DNA of 64,000 nucleotides, from contig UYFQ01000723.1 of the NCBI GenBank assembly GCA_900617105.1, positions 124,001 through 188,000 on the forward strand. The letters run 5' to 3'. The notes under the pieces were generated by a model. That model was not told the DNA's origin and made no database searches. It was given only the letters and a program-made list of their open reading frames with translations. The DNA comes from Hydrurus foetidus. Taxonomy: Eukaryota. Below are positions 25,291 through 40,725 of the stretch, piece after piece (the stretch's first letter is position 1; each line of letters opens with the position of its first letter). The position numbers and the translations under genes are program-made.

Positions 25291-26647
25291 TTACTGGGTA
25301 CTTGGGAATTCAATTTTGAAATAATTACCTGTTTTATCATCACTAAAATATGTGAATGTGCCGTCTATTGTTTCTACTAATTTTTAGTAGCTGCTGCCAT
25401 TTCACTTAGTGTGTTTTCATCAACAGATGATGCGGTTCTGAATTTATTAAACATTTCATTCAACTTATCCATTCCTATTGCTGCACCATGGGTTAACTGC
25501 TTCACAACTCTTTTCCAGCTATATGTTCTGCCTTAACAGTAATAATAGAACTCGATTGAGAATGTTTAATAACATTATTCATCAACTTACTTAAACTTGA
25601 TCAATAAATAATTTATCTTGATATACATTATTTGCAGCAGGTGAAATATTCAATTGCAAGTTCATATTCTTCAACATTGCAGATTCTTGCAATATCTAAA
25701 ACAGCTTTTTCAACTTCAGGATTAATATCAAAATACACTTTGTTAAAGTTAATAGTAGCGTCTGCTGAAGAAGTTGTTCCACTTAACTTTGTGCTATATA
25801 TTTGCTTGTCATTGCTAGTACTAATAGAATTTAATACATCAATTTGATGAGGCAATAAATTTGAAGAACTAGCTTTTTAAAGAACAGATATTTTAACAGT
25901 ATCAGAAAACTTGAAAAATCGTGCATTAAAACAGCCATTGCTATCTATGCTGCTTTCATTTACAACTTTTAACTTTCTATTGGTAGCTTCTATCTCAAAA
26001 ATGCTGATCCTTGATTTTGCATTTCTTTCGACTAATTTATCGTTTGCATCATCAATCATTACACTTCTTTCTGTATCTCTACATAAAATTGCATATCTAG
26101 TGTAATTCAATAAACAAGAGAAAGCAGATATAATAAAATAAACCGATCCATAGTGATCAATTAAAATTGAATATTTATCTACACGTTGTTTAAGTGAGTA
26201 GATAAGAAATAAAATTACATAAGAAATAAGGCATACAACTATTGAATAAATTGGCGGCCAAAAATAGTAGTATTGATTATTAGAACTAGAATAGAAAGTA
26301 TCAAGAAATATGCAAGAACAGAACCATTTGTAGGAACAATTCCACAGACGATGGAATTAACAGCAACATTTACCCCAACAAACCAAATCATTGTTTTAGA
26401 TATCCCAATTTTGCTTTAGATGAATAAGTGTAAATCAGATAGGATATTCCCCAGCCGATTAGTCTGATTAAGGAGAAATCTAGCCAAGAATCAGCACAAA
26501 ACAGATAATCAACTAAAATGAAAGTGGTAAAGAGAACAAAGTTGTCCACATTATCACATTCGCATAATACGCTCCACGTTTGCTTAACTCTTGGTTGAAA
26601 GCAGTTTTGTTGATATTTGCGTAAGAAAATTTGTAATCGTTATACAT
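25291..26647 (-). CDS. Membrane sensor with degenerate histidine-kinase-like C-terminus
   Basis: Multi-TM N-terminus, coiled coil, LMNNVIKHS (N-box-like), LVETIDGTFTY..GNYFKIEFP; no clear H-box. Confidence 0.6.
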
Positions 26648-26689
26648 ATTTATAATTATGCAGTCTATTGTTGATAAGCAGTTAAACAC

Positions 26690-27800
26690 AATTTGAACTT
26701 AGAAAATAATCAATAAGTTTCAAGAGCATTAATCTTGATAACTTTCTCATTCTCATTATTGCAATTCACATCTTGTGTAAAGAAGGATATCCAACTTGTC
26801 TGAGATTAAAAATAATTTAGGAGGTGGCACCATTTATCTTGGTTTGAACACACTTGGTCTTCCCCTCAAGACTTGTTAGCAATGCCGATTTAACTCTAAA
26901 CTCACTCAAATCGCTCAGCAAGGATTTAAAACAGTTCGACTACCAGTTGCTTTCGATTTATTCGTTTATCCCAACTCTTCAACACTTCAACCACAACTAT
27001 TAACGAAACTTAAAGAAATTTATTTTTGCGTGTTATAATTTAAAGTTACATCTTATCATCACTTATCACTATGGCGTGTTTGATGATAACAGCTTATACA
27101 ACGAAAAAAATTAATCACGTTTCATTGATGTGAAGCAAGTTCAACAGAACTTTAAAGGGCACGGGTATGAGTATTTATTTTTGAATTATATAACGAACCT
27201 ACAATGGGTGCTTATCGTTGGAAGTTAACTGCCGAAAAATTAATTAGCTACATAAGGGCGAGGATACCAACAGAATCTATATTATTGGTGGAACAAACTA
27301 TAATGGTTTAAACGATCTAATGGATATGGGAAAACTAAGTGATGAAAAATTATTTTATACATTTCATTTTTTACGAACCCTACATTTTTACACATCAAGG
27401 TGCAGATTGGACAAGTGACAAAACTTATATGAAAGGTTTTCCTTATCCCTTTAAAAGAAGAAAAATGCCACCAATGAGTAAAGATGCCATTGGAACAAGT
27501 GTAAAAAGATTACAACAAATACTCTTACGAAGGAACAAAACAATACTTGAATGATAGAATGAACCAAGTTGCAAATTTTTGTGCAAATAATAATATGCTT
27601 TTGATTTGTACAGAAGCTGGTGTTATAGATGTTGCAGACCTCAAATCAAGATCAAATTATTTGCAAGATGTAACAACGATTATGTATCAATTTCGTATTC
27701 CAGTTTCACTTTGGGATTATGATCAACGTTTTCTATTCATCGTGATTCTACAACTATTTTCCATCACTAAATAAATGGTTGAAGAAAAGCAAAAAGGATA
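26690..27800 (+). CDS. Glycoside hydrolase family 5 (endoglucanase-like) lipoprotein
   Basis: FTSC lipobox, GFKTVRLPVAF, FELYNEP acid/base, FHFYEPYIFTHQGA, ICTEAG nucleophile; start approximate. Confidence 0.85.
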
Positions 27801-27912
27801 GCAATATTCCTATCATAAACATATACTTCCTATCAAACATAAATTTAAAAATGAACTGCATTGCAATTACATTCGTTGTGCACAATAGCTGAGCATTCAT
27901 TATAAAACAATT

Positions 27913-28784
27913 ATGCAAACTGTACTTTCTGTAAAAAATATTAGCAAAAATATGGCTTAATACAAGCACTTAATAATGTTTCGTTTGATGTACCAAAAGG
28001 AAGTGTTTGGAATACTTGGGCCAAATGGCAGTGGCAAAACAACTTTACTTGGAATTGTTTAAATGTATTGGAAGCAAGTTCTGGCAGCTTTGAATTATTG
28101 GGTAAAGAACACGATGCAGATTCAAGAAACATATTGGAACATTGTTAGAAACACCAAACTTTTATCATTATTTGTCTGCCGAAAAACTTGCAAATCGTTG
28201 CAGAAATAAAAGGAAAAGGATTTGATGATATTGACAGTGTTCTACAAAAAGTTAATTTATTAGAAAGAAAAACCAGCAAATTCAGCACTTATTCATTAGG
28301 TATGAAACAAAGGCTGGCTATAGCTTCTGCATTATTAGGCAATCCAGATGTTTTAATTTTAGATGAACCAACAAACGGTCTAGATCCAGTTGGAATTGCC
28401 GAAATTAGAACGTTGATTCAAACACTTTCTGCCGAAGGCAAAACTATCATTATGGCTAGTCATCTTTTAGATGAAGTAGAAAAGTTTGCAACTATGTAGC
28501 TATCTTAAAGAGAGGTGTTTATTAACAGCTGGCAAAGTTGATGAAGTGTTGGTGAATGAAGATATTGTTAAGTAAGTAGCAACGATTTAAACAAACTTGC
28601 CAATGTTTTAAGCAGTTATAGTCCCAAACAAAAAGACAATTTATTGCAACTTTATTTTGCAACTGGTGCAGCTAAATTAGATGATATAAATAAGCATTGT
28701 TTTGAAAATGGTATTGTATTAACACATCTTTATTTAAGAAAGAAAAGCTTAGAGGCCAAATTCCTTGAAATCACAAACAACTAA
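27913..28784 (+). CDS. ABC transporter ATP-binding protein
   Basis: [39 protein letters not shown]. Confidence 0.95.
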
Positions 28785-28793
28785 AACTTACTA

Positions 28794-29580
28794 ATGAAAA
28801 AATTAATTAAAATAGAGTGGATGAAGGTTAAAGATTATAGAACTTTTTGGGTGCTGTCTGTTCTTTATCTCATTAGTATTTTGGAGCAAATTTGATTGCC
28901 TTTAGAATTCAACAATCCATTTTTGAACAAGAAAAAACTAAAATGGTTGCAGGGCTTTATAGGTAATACGCCATATTCATTTCCATCAAATTGGCAAATG
29001 ACAAGTTGGTTAAGTAGCTTCTTAATGTTTGTTCCTGGGCTATTGGTGTTGATTTCAATTTGCAATGAATACAGCTATAAACACATCGTCAAAACATCAT
29101 TGATGGATGAGCAGGTCCCAATTTATTACAGCTAAATTTCTTTTCTTATTCATCATAACAATAATTTCAACAGTAGTAGTTTTATAGCAGCATTATTGTT
29201 TGGTTTTGCAGATGGACATACATCTTTCAGCTTTAATGATTGCCAGTATATTGGTTATTTTTATACAATGTCTTAGTTATTCTTCTGCTGCTTTACTAAT
29301 TGGTGTGTTATTAAAACGAAGTGGCATTGCCATTGAGTTTATTTTTATATGTTACTATTTTAGAAAATAGCATTGCAGGAATTCTAAACAGATATGTAAA
29401 TAATATTGGCAGATTTTTACCATTAGAAAGCACTGACAATTTAATACCAATGCCATTTTAAAAGTATGCAAAGACAATTTTACCTGAAACTAGTGTAGCG
29501 TTATTACTAGGTATTTCAGTATTTTATTTGATAGCTTATTATGTTGTTGTTAAAAAAGATTTGAGACAAGTGATTTGTAA
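28794..29580 (+). CDS. ABC-2 transporter permease
   Basis: [11 protein letters not shown].., NEYSYKT.RQNIIDG, multiple TMs, KKDL-type C-terminus. Confidence 0.85.
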
Positions 29581-29598
29581 TCGCTAACTATTCTACTT

Positions 29599-30512
29599 TT
29601 ATTTCTTTGGGAACATCTGTTCAAATGCACTTTCGATAGATGGATATAAAAATTGAAATCCTCCATCGTGTATTTTTTGCAAGATATATCTGAGCTTTTT
29701 AAAACCTCAACACTCATTTCTCCCAATACAATTTTCAATATAAACTTAGGAACAAAAATGGGTATGTAAAACCTGCTTCTAAGCTTTTTGCTAAAACAAT
29801 ATTTAGTTTACTGTTGGTTACAACCATTGGTGCTACTGCATTGTAAACTCCATTCATATTTTCTTGCTCAATGGCAGTAATAAACATTCTGCATAAATCA
29901 TCAATATGTATCCAACTAATTTTTGCTTACCAGAGCCAAGTATTGTGGCTATTCCAAATTTCAAGGGTTTTAAGAATTCTTTTAATGCTCCCCCATCTTT
30001 ACTTAATACAATTCCTATTCTAAGCTTAACTAATCTTTTTTGTTAATGAAATAGAATGAATACTTTGCTCCCATTGTTTACAAGTTTCTCCCAAAAATCA
30101 GTATTTGCAGGTTCTTCTTCTTGATATGTTTTATTTGATTTTTGATTGGGTGCATACCAACCAATAGCACTTGCATTAACAACAACACTAACATTATTTG
30201 GTATTCGTTGCAAGGCATTAACAATGAGTCTTCCACTATTTACCCTACTATCAACAATCTTTTTCTTACAACAGACCAACGTTTGTCGCAACACCTGCTC
30301 CTGCAAGATTAATAATTGCATCAGCGTTTGTAACAGCTTTTTCGTCTATTGTTTGTTTATCAGTATCCCAATTAGCAAAAGAAATATTTGGGTTTGTTGA
30401 AGTTGCATTTGCTGTTCTGGTTAAGATGGTAACGTTATATCCTTTATCCAATAACATTTCTGTTAATCTTTACCAACCAAGCCAGTACCACCTGCTATAA
30501 GAATATTTTCAT
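29599..30512 (-). CDS. TIGR01777/YfcH-like NAD-dependent epimerase
   Basis: [38 protein letters not shown]. Confidence 0.9.
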
Positions 30513-31348
30513 TTGAATTTTTGTGATGAATTACTAAAACCTTGCCAATTTTGATTGCACATTTTCTCCATAAAAACAGATGCACGCTGATTAAAATCTT
30601 CAATCGAATCTGTAGTATAGAACTCCCTTTCATTTCCTTTGCTGCAAAGGGTTTCAATTTCAGGATGGCGTTGCAAATAATCAGCTAAACTATTAGCAAC
30701 AATCTCTCCTTGTGTAATAATTTTTGTACCAACTGGAGTGTATTCTTTAATCTTATCTAACAATAATGGATAATGTACAAGCCAATAAAATAGTGTCAAT
30801 ATTTGGATTTTGTTTATCAAGTTCATTGATATATTCTTTCACAAAATAATCAGCACCCTTAGTTTTATATTCATTGTTTTCAATCAATGGAACCCACATT
30901 GGGCAGGCTTGTTGATGCACTTGAATGTCGGAAAAATTTATTAATTTCTATTGTATAGGAATTAGACTGAACTGTACCTGTTGTTGCCAAAACCCCAACG
31001 TGTTTTGACGTTGAAAAATTACCAATAACTTCAGCAGTTGGTCTAATAACACCCAACACTCTTTGTTTGATGAATTGTTGGCAAATGCTTTTGCTGAATG
31101 GTTCTTAAAGCTTTGCTGATGCTGTATTACAAGCAAGTATTACCAAATGACAACCTTGATTAAAGAACCAATCAACACATTCTTTTGTATTGATGCACTG
31201 TATCAAAGCTTCTGTTTCCATAAGGTGCACGAGCATTATCACCTAAATAAACATAGTTATATTGTGGAAGGTGCTTAACAATTTCTTTTAAAACAGTCAG
31301 CCCTCCATAACCACTATCAAAAACGCCTATAGAACCTTGTGTTTGCAT
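30509..31348 (-). CDS. murI: Glutamate racemase
   Basis: [47 protein letters not shown]. Confidence 0.95.
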
Positions 31349-31436
31349 TATAAAAATATTCAAATAAAGAAATGACAATCTTTTGACAATGCAAGATTAC
31401 ATTAACAGAACATTCGTTCTACATTTAAAAATTGCT

Positions 31437-31968
31437 ATGAGAAAAATATTCTTAGCCATCATTATCATATCATTAGCGTTTGCTTGCACACGCCGATGGA
31501 ATTCAATAAATAAGGATAATAAGGGTTACGGCTACGTGCCTATTTATGCCAACAAGAATGACATTGTACAAATAAATTTTCAAACATCAAGGCTTACCAC
31601 CAATCCTGGGAAAATTTATGCATATGGTAATTATATTTTCAAAATGATATGGGTACAGGCATACACGTAATTGACAATACCAACAAACTAAACCCTGTAA
31701 AACAGGCTTTTAAATATTCCATACAATTTTGAAATGGCTATCAAGGATAGCTTTTTATATGCAAACAACCTTATCGATTTAGTGGTTTTGATTTGCACAA
31801 CCCAACTAACCCACAACTTGTAAACAGAATTAATGGTGTGTTTCCAATGCAAAGCATACAAAATTATCCTAATGAAAGTGATGTATATTTTGAGTGTGTA
31901 GATAGCACTAAGGGTGCTGTGATAGGTTGGAAAAACAAATTACTGTAAGCGGAAATTGCTACAGATAA
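31437..31968 (+). CDS. Lipoprotein associated with an LVIVD-repeat gene
   Basis: AFAC lipobox, YVPIY, PGKIYAYG, GIHVIDN, YFECVD..KG.VIGW. Confidence 0.75.
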
Positions 31969-31987
31969 AACATCAAAAATAAAAATT

Positions 31988-32725
31988 ATGAAAAAAATAC
32001 TCAAATATACATTTATAGCATTCTCTTTTTTGCTGTACAAAAATGATCAAGGAAATAGCATTTACGTAACTACTGGAACTGGTGGAAGCCTTGCCAGGTT
32101 TGCCATAGTAGGCAACTACCTTTATAGTGTTGATGACACTAGGCTTCGAATTTTTGATGTATCAAATCCTAGCACACCTGTTTATAAAAACATTGTAAAT
32201 ATTGGCTGGGGCATTGAACCATATTTGCTTTTAAAGACAAACTATTTATAGGTAGCACCAGTATGGTATACATTTATTCATTGGCAAACCCACTTAACCC
32301 AACCATAATAAGTACAGCAACAAGTCAACAAGTATTTAGGAGGTGCGACCCTGTAGTTGCAAAGATAGTGTTGCTTATGCTACACTTCGCAGCACAAGTA
32401 TTTGTGGTGGTGGACGTAGTATTTTATCGGTTATTGACATTCGTTTTATAAACAACCCTATTGAAACCTACACCCTACCTATGCAGAGCCTATGGGCTTA
32501 GGATATTGGGGTAATAATTTGTATGTGTGTGATACAGCAAAAGGGTTACAAGTTTATGATATTACCAATCAATATTTACCTACGCTTGTTAAAACACTTA
32601 AAGATGAGAAGTGTTTAGATGTAATACCTTATGACGATGAATTAATTTGCTACACTAGCACTGGCATTAATATTTATGATATTACAAACAGGAATAATCC
32701 AGTAAAAATAACAACCATTAAATAA
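31988..32725 (+). CDS. LVIVD-repeat protein
   Basis: TGTGGSLARFAIVGNYLYSVD, CDPVV, LYVCD..GLQVYDI. Confidence 0.85.
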
Positions 32726-33363
32726 TGAGAAAAATAGTACTGACCGCATTGCTACTTTGTATTTGGATAGTTGCATTTAATCAAAAGAGTAATAACATCG
32801 AAAAAATTTCATTACGTTTTTCTCCTTATCACTAATAGATGTTTATCACCCTAGTGTAACATTTGGTGCAGAATTAAGGACAACAAAAACAAGCCCTTGG
32901 GCTGGATGTTTCTTTATTAATAAACACACTTGCTGTTGACAATGTTTACAGAACAGGATTTATTATAAAGCCAACCTACAAATTTTTCTTGATAAACTTG
33001 GGGAGAATTTTATTGAACTAGATTGCTTTTGGAAGAAGAATTATTGGGAGAAAGTAGATGGGTTGGTCGTGAGTATCAAAATGGCATACCATCATACTAC
33101 CAAAACGAAGATTATAATGTTGTAAAATGTATTGGGAATGAACGTTAAGTTTGGCAGTAGAATTGAACTTTTAGATGGCTTTGTGTTTGTAGAGCCTTAC
33201 GTTGGTTTGGGTGTAAGAGTTACCAATCACAAGGTTAAAGAGCATCTGATGAGACAATTGAAGTAAAGAACCATTTTTATAGATAGTCAAAAGCACTCAC
33301 AAATGTTGATGTCTGGAGTTTAAGCATTCCGATGGTGTAAAATTGTGTTTGCAATAAAATAAT
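32725..33363 (+). CDS. Putative outer-membrane beta-barrel protein (DUF3575-like)
   Basis: Signal peptide, alternating beta-strand pattern, VEPYVGLGVR. Confidence 0.5.
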
Positions 33364-33404
33364 TTTAAAGCAAACACAATTCTTATAATTACGTCGTGCC
33401 TTGC

Positions 33405-34420
33405 CTAAAATGCTTTCCAACCTTGAGCTTCAATATTATGAGTGCTGCCACCTTTGTAATAATTTTACAGCCTTCTTCAAGTTCTGCCATATAACCAATC
33501 ACACTTATTTCTTCGCTTAAAGTGATTTTATCGTAGTCTTCTTGCTTAACAGTAAATATCAATTCATAATCCTCGCCACCACTTAATGCACAAATAGTAG
33601 CATCTAGCCCAAACTTAAATGCAGCTTGCTTTGCAGCTGGATGAATAGGAATTTTTCTTCATATAATCTACAACCAAATTACTTTGTTTAGATATGTGTA
33701 ACACTTCGCTACTTAATCCATCACTTACATCCATCATACTAGTTGGGGTGATTTCATTTGCTGCTAAAAATTCAACAATATCTTTTTCTTGCTTCGGTTT
33801 TAATAATCTTCCAACAATATAATCTTCACCTTCAAGGTCAGGCTGAATTGCGGGTTTTCAAGATAAATTCTTTTCTCTCTTTCCATTAACGTTAAACCCA
33901 AAAGCTCCTCCCAAAAACCACTCACACAAATCAAATCTCCTTTTGTGCTGTACTTCTTTTAACAAACTTATCGGGCGTAACTTCTCCAATAGCTGTAACT
34001 GAAATAATAAATCCTTTTTGGGAAGATGTTGTATCGCCACCACCAAATCAACACCATATTTTTCACAAGCTGCATAAACGCGCCTTCATAAAATTCGTCA
34101 ATAGCTTCTAAGCTGATTTTATTGCTTAATGCAATGCTCATTGTTATTTGAGTTGGTGTTGCATTCATTGCATAAATATCACTCACGTTTACCACTACAC
34201 TTTTATAACCCAAGTGTTTTAGTGGCATATACATCAAATCAAAATGAATTCCTTCGATTAACAAATCTGTACTAATTACAGTTTGTTTTCCAAAATGATC
34301 AATTACTGCGGCATCATCTCCAACACTTTGAATTGTTGAAGCATTTTTGGTTTCAAAATTTTTGGTTAAATGTTCTATTAAACCAAATTCTCCTAGTGTT
34401 TCTATTTCTGTTCTTTCCAT
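33405..34420 (-). CDS. thiL: Thiamine-monophosphate kinase
   Basis: LGEFGLI, GDDAAV, HLGYKSVVVNVSDIYAMNA, DVSDGL, GGEDYEL. Confidence 0.95.
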
Positions 34421-34423
34421 TTT

Positions 34424-34493
34424 AAGTACGAGGTTATAAGTTAAAAGTACGAACTACAAAGTGAAAAGTACGATAGTAGAAGTACGAATTGAG
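34424..34493. repeat. Ten in-phase degenerate heptamers (AAGTACG-type)
   Basis: AAGTACG at 34424, 34445, 34466 and 34480 with 7-nt-phased variants between. Confidence 0.85.
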
Positions 34494-34500
34494 GATTACT

Positions 34501-34857
34501 TTATTTTAAATTAATTCTTTGTCTTGTAGTATTTATAGATGCTACAAATATTTTTAAAAGTTCATTTGCTTCATTAATTAGTTCTGTTATTCTTTCATTA
34601 AAGGTTGGATTGAATTCAAGCAATAATTCCAGAAAGTAAATTGATTCATCATTTTCTTCTTCAACAATTTTAAGTTTATTAATAAAATCAGCATCTGACT
34701 TAGCTCGTCTTGCTGCTCTATAATTTGCACCAATTGATGAAGAGCATCTAATAAGTTGGTTTATGTAAGCTCTATTCACAAAATCATAAGGTAAGTCTTT
34801 AAGCAACTTTGCAACATTAATAGAAAATATAAATGTTCTTTGTTTTAAATCTTGCAT
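34501..34857 (-). CDS. Four-helix-bundle protein (23S rRNA IVS protein-like)
   Basis: Intact 118 aa: DLKQRTFIFS, QLIRCSSSIGANYRAARRAKSDADFINKLKIVEEE.DES.YFLELL. Confidence 0.93.
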   Translation of the reverse strand: MQDLKQRTFIFSINVAKLLKDLPYDFVNRAYINQLIRCSSSIGANYRAARRAKSDADFINKLKIVEEENDESIYFLELLLEFNPTFNERITELINEANELLKIFVASINTTRQRINLK

Positions 34858-34889
34858 AAAAATTACTTAACACTTTTCAAATCAACTTT

Positions 34890-34938
34890 AAATTCATTAG
34901 TTCATAGTTCTAAACTCGTACTTCTAACTTTGTACTTA
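34890..34938. repeat. Heptamer tract in inverted orientation to 34424-34493
   Basis: Reverse complement reads AAGTACA AAGTTAG AAGTACG AGTTTAG AACTATG AACTAAT. Confidence 0.8.
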
Positions 34939-35712
34939 GTGAATTTCTCCTCCATTTACAATTCTAACAATTTCATCGTGTATCAAACCGTTGGTAGCAA
35001 TAAGTCCTGGTTGATAAGGATTATAAGGATCTCCTTTTAAGTTGGTTACTTTTCCACCAGCTTCTTCAACAATTATAAAACCAGCTGCACTATCCCAAGC
35101 ACTTAATTGATGTTCATAAAATCCATCAAATCTACCAGCAGCAACCCAACATAAGTCAACTGCTGCACTACCTAAACGACGAACTGGAATTCCTTTGCGA
35201 ATAAATTTTTCAAATACTTGTAAAGGTCCATTTGGCTCATTAACGTATGTGTAAGGAAACTCCTGTAACTAAGCAACTTTTAATTACTTCAGTTTTGTGT
35301 AACACTAATTTTTCTGTCATTTAATGTTGCACCATAGCCTCGTTGAGCAAAGAAAAATTCATTGATGAAAGGATTATAAACAGCACCCATTATCATTTTT
35401 CCAGCTTGTTCAATTCCAATGCTTACACAACAAATAGGAATTCCATTAGCATAGTTTACAGTTCCATCAATAGGGTCAATAATCCATTTAAATTCGCTAT
35501 CTGAACAATTTCTCCAACTTCTTCACTTAAAATAAAATGATCTGGATAATCGGCTTTTATAATATTAATAATGGCTTCTTCACTTTTATGGTCAATCTCT
35601 GTAACAAGATTGTTCATTCCCTCTTTATTAGAAATCGTATAAGTTTTATCGAAATTTTCTTTAATGATTTTTGCAGCAGCTTCAGTTGCTTTAATCAGCG
35701 TGTTTTTAACAT
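34936..35712 (-). CDS. suhB: Inositol monophosphatase
   Basis: LVTEIDHKSE, LSEE, WIIDPIDGTVNY, RRLGSAAVDL, WDSAAG. Confidence 0.93.
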
Positions 35713-35774
35713 TCTGCAAATATAAAAGAGAGTTAGAGACTAACATTTTAAAGTTTGAATAAGTTATATAAAAC

Positions 35775-35806
35775 AAAGAGCAGCAAATAAATCATTGCTG
35801 CTCTTT
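35775..35806 (-). terminator. Terminator
   Basis: AAAGAGCAGCAA/TTGCTGCTCTTT. Confidence 0.75.
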
Positions 35807-35809
35807 AAA

Positions 35810-36484
35810 TTATCTTAAAACAAATCCCATTATTACTCATCCAAAGCAAAATCTCGTAGAAATATAATAACTACATTTCAAAAATAGAAATATCAATATT
35901 AATGGAATAGGCAAAATTGCTAAATAGATATTAGACTTTCTCAGTGTTCTATATGTTAGTGCACTACTGCACTAATTAAATAATTGTTGTAATTGCTCAA
36001 GAAAATATTTACTGATTCATTATAACTATTTAAGTCGCCACTATTAACATTACTTATAAAATTGATTGACGTATTATTTCTTTGTTTTTCTATAGTTGCT
36101 TTAATATTTTGCACCATAAGATTTCTTCTATTGATTATTTCTTGCAGATTTTCTACAAGTTTTGAGAGTCTTTCGGTACAAATTTTGAAGTTTGACAAAA
36201 TCATTGCCAATTTCTGTAGAAAGCTTATCCCAACTATTAAGATATTTTTCAACAGTATCTGCACTATTGGCTTTTCAATTTTAAAACGTTGGCATAATTG
36301 TTTAACCTTTTGGTAAAAATAGATTGTATTAATGTTCTTGCTGCAATTTCTTCTTTTAACAAACAATTGTAACTTTTATCAATACTTCTGACAAAGAAGA
36401 ACAATAAAAACATACTAGTAACGTGCAGCAAAAGTAATAAGCAGTATGAAGGTTTTAACGACGTTTTTCAAAGAATTTTATCAT
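35810..36484 (-). CDS. Hypothetical membrane protein
   Basis: 136-aa ORF 35956-36366 with hydrophobic flanks; boundaries uncertain. Confidence 0.4.
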
Positions 36485-36555
36485 ATCAAGTACCCAATTT
36501 TTCGAAATACTGTAATAGCCATTTATAAAAGCATAGCAAACGGCAGTGTTTTATT

Positions 36556-37636
36556 TTATGCAAACGGAATTTTAACAACTTTAGCTTTTACAAGATTATT
36601 TCTGATTTCAATAAAATATCTCCATCAATTGCTGTGTGTTCTGTAGCCACATAACCCAATCCAATAGCTTTATTTAAACTAGGGCTTTGTGTACCACTAC
36701 AAACTTTTCCAATGGCATTTCCATCAGCATCCTTAATTAAATAATCGTGACGAGGAATACCTCTATCAATCATTTCAAAACCAACTAATTTGCGTTTAAC
36801 TCCATCAGCTTTTGTTCTTCGAAAATTGCTTTTGAAGTAAAGTCTTTTGTAAATTTAGTGATCCAACCCAAACCAGCTTCAAGTGGAGAAGTTGTATCAT
36901 CTATATCATTTCCATATAAACAAAAACCCATTTCTAAACGCAATGTATCTCTTGCACCTAAACCAATTGGTTTTATGTTGTATGATTTGCCAGCCTCAAA
37001 ATGGCATCCCAAATTTTGTTAGCATCATCATTTTCATCTCTAAAATAAATTTCAACACCACCAGCACCAGTATCACCTGTTGCACTCACTAAAACATTAT
37101 CAACACCTGCAAAAACACCTTTTGTAAAAGTGTAATATTTAAGGTTCATAATATCCATATCTGTCAATGTTTGCAATGCTTTTGTAGCATTTGGACCTTG
37201 AATAGCCAGCAAACAAGTTTTATCACTTACATTATGCATTTCAACGTTAGCAGTGTTGTGTTTACTAATCCAGTTCCAATCTTTTCTATATTACTGGCAT
37301 TCACAACAAGCATATAAACTTTGTTCACCTCAACACAATAAACAAGTAAATCATCTACAATGCCACCATTATCATTTGGCAAACAACTATACTGTGCTTT
37401 TCCATCAGTTAATTTACTAGCATCATTACTTGTAACACGTTGAATTAAATCTAAAGCACCATCACCTTTTAAAATAAATTCACCCATATGACTCACATCG
37501 AAAACACCCACACTATTTCTAACAGCAAAATGCTCATCATTAATTCCTGTGTAACTAATAGGCATATTATAGCCTGCAAATTCAGCCATTTTGGCTCCCA
37601 GTTCAATGTGTTTGTGTGTAAAGGTGTATTCTTCAT
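36556..37636 (-). CDS. gcvT: Glycine cleavage system T protein
   Basis: [48 protein letters not shown]. Confidence 0.97.
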
Positions 37637-37731
37637 AAAGCAATTTTAGATGCAAAGAAAAGGATGATAACACGATTTGCTAACATTTTTTTGTGGGCAG
37701 GCTTTAACTTATAATTTGGTGAAAACTAGTT

Positions 37732-37992
37732 TATGGCAGCCACAGCTTTGATAACGATTTTATGAAATATTGGCAAAGCTAAATTCTTTGGAGAAAAGAA
37801 CACTTTTAGTTGTAGCCAGAAACTACGTTGTAAATAAAGATTTTTAACTAGAGTTGCGGTTTATGATGATGGAATTAATCAATTAATAAACCAACAGACA
37901 AAATTGAACAAAGCGACTTTTATACGCAAGAACAAATAACTGAGATGACTAGAAACGGTTTTATAAAAACCATAGCTGCTTACTACAAATAA
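37732..37992 (+). CDS. Possible small hypothetical protein
   Basis: ATG at 37732; coding-like but frameshifted; no recognisable motif. Confidence 0.25.
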
Positions 37993-38083
37993 TATTGCAA
38001 TGCTTCACTACAACGCAACACTTATCTTCGCCACCTTAAAATAGTTAACAGTTGACCGTCAACTGTCAACAGTAAACTTTATA

Positions 38084-40672
<2,589 letters not shown>

Positions 40673-40725
40673 ATTAATCATTACATATTCCATCATTCAT
40701 CATAAAATAATATGTTGCCACAATT

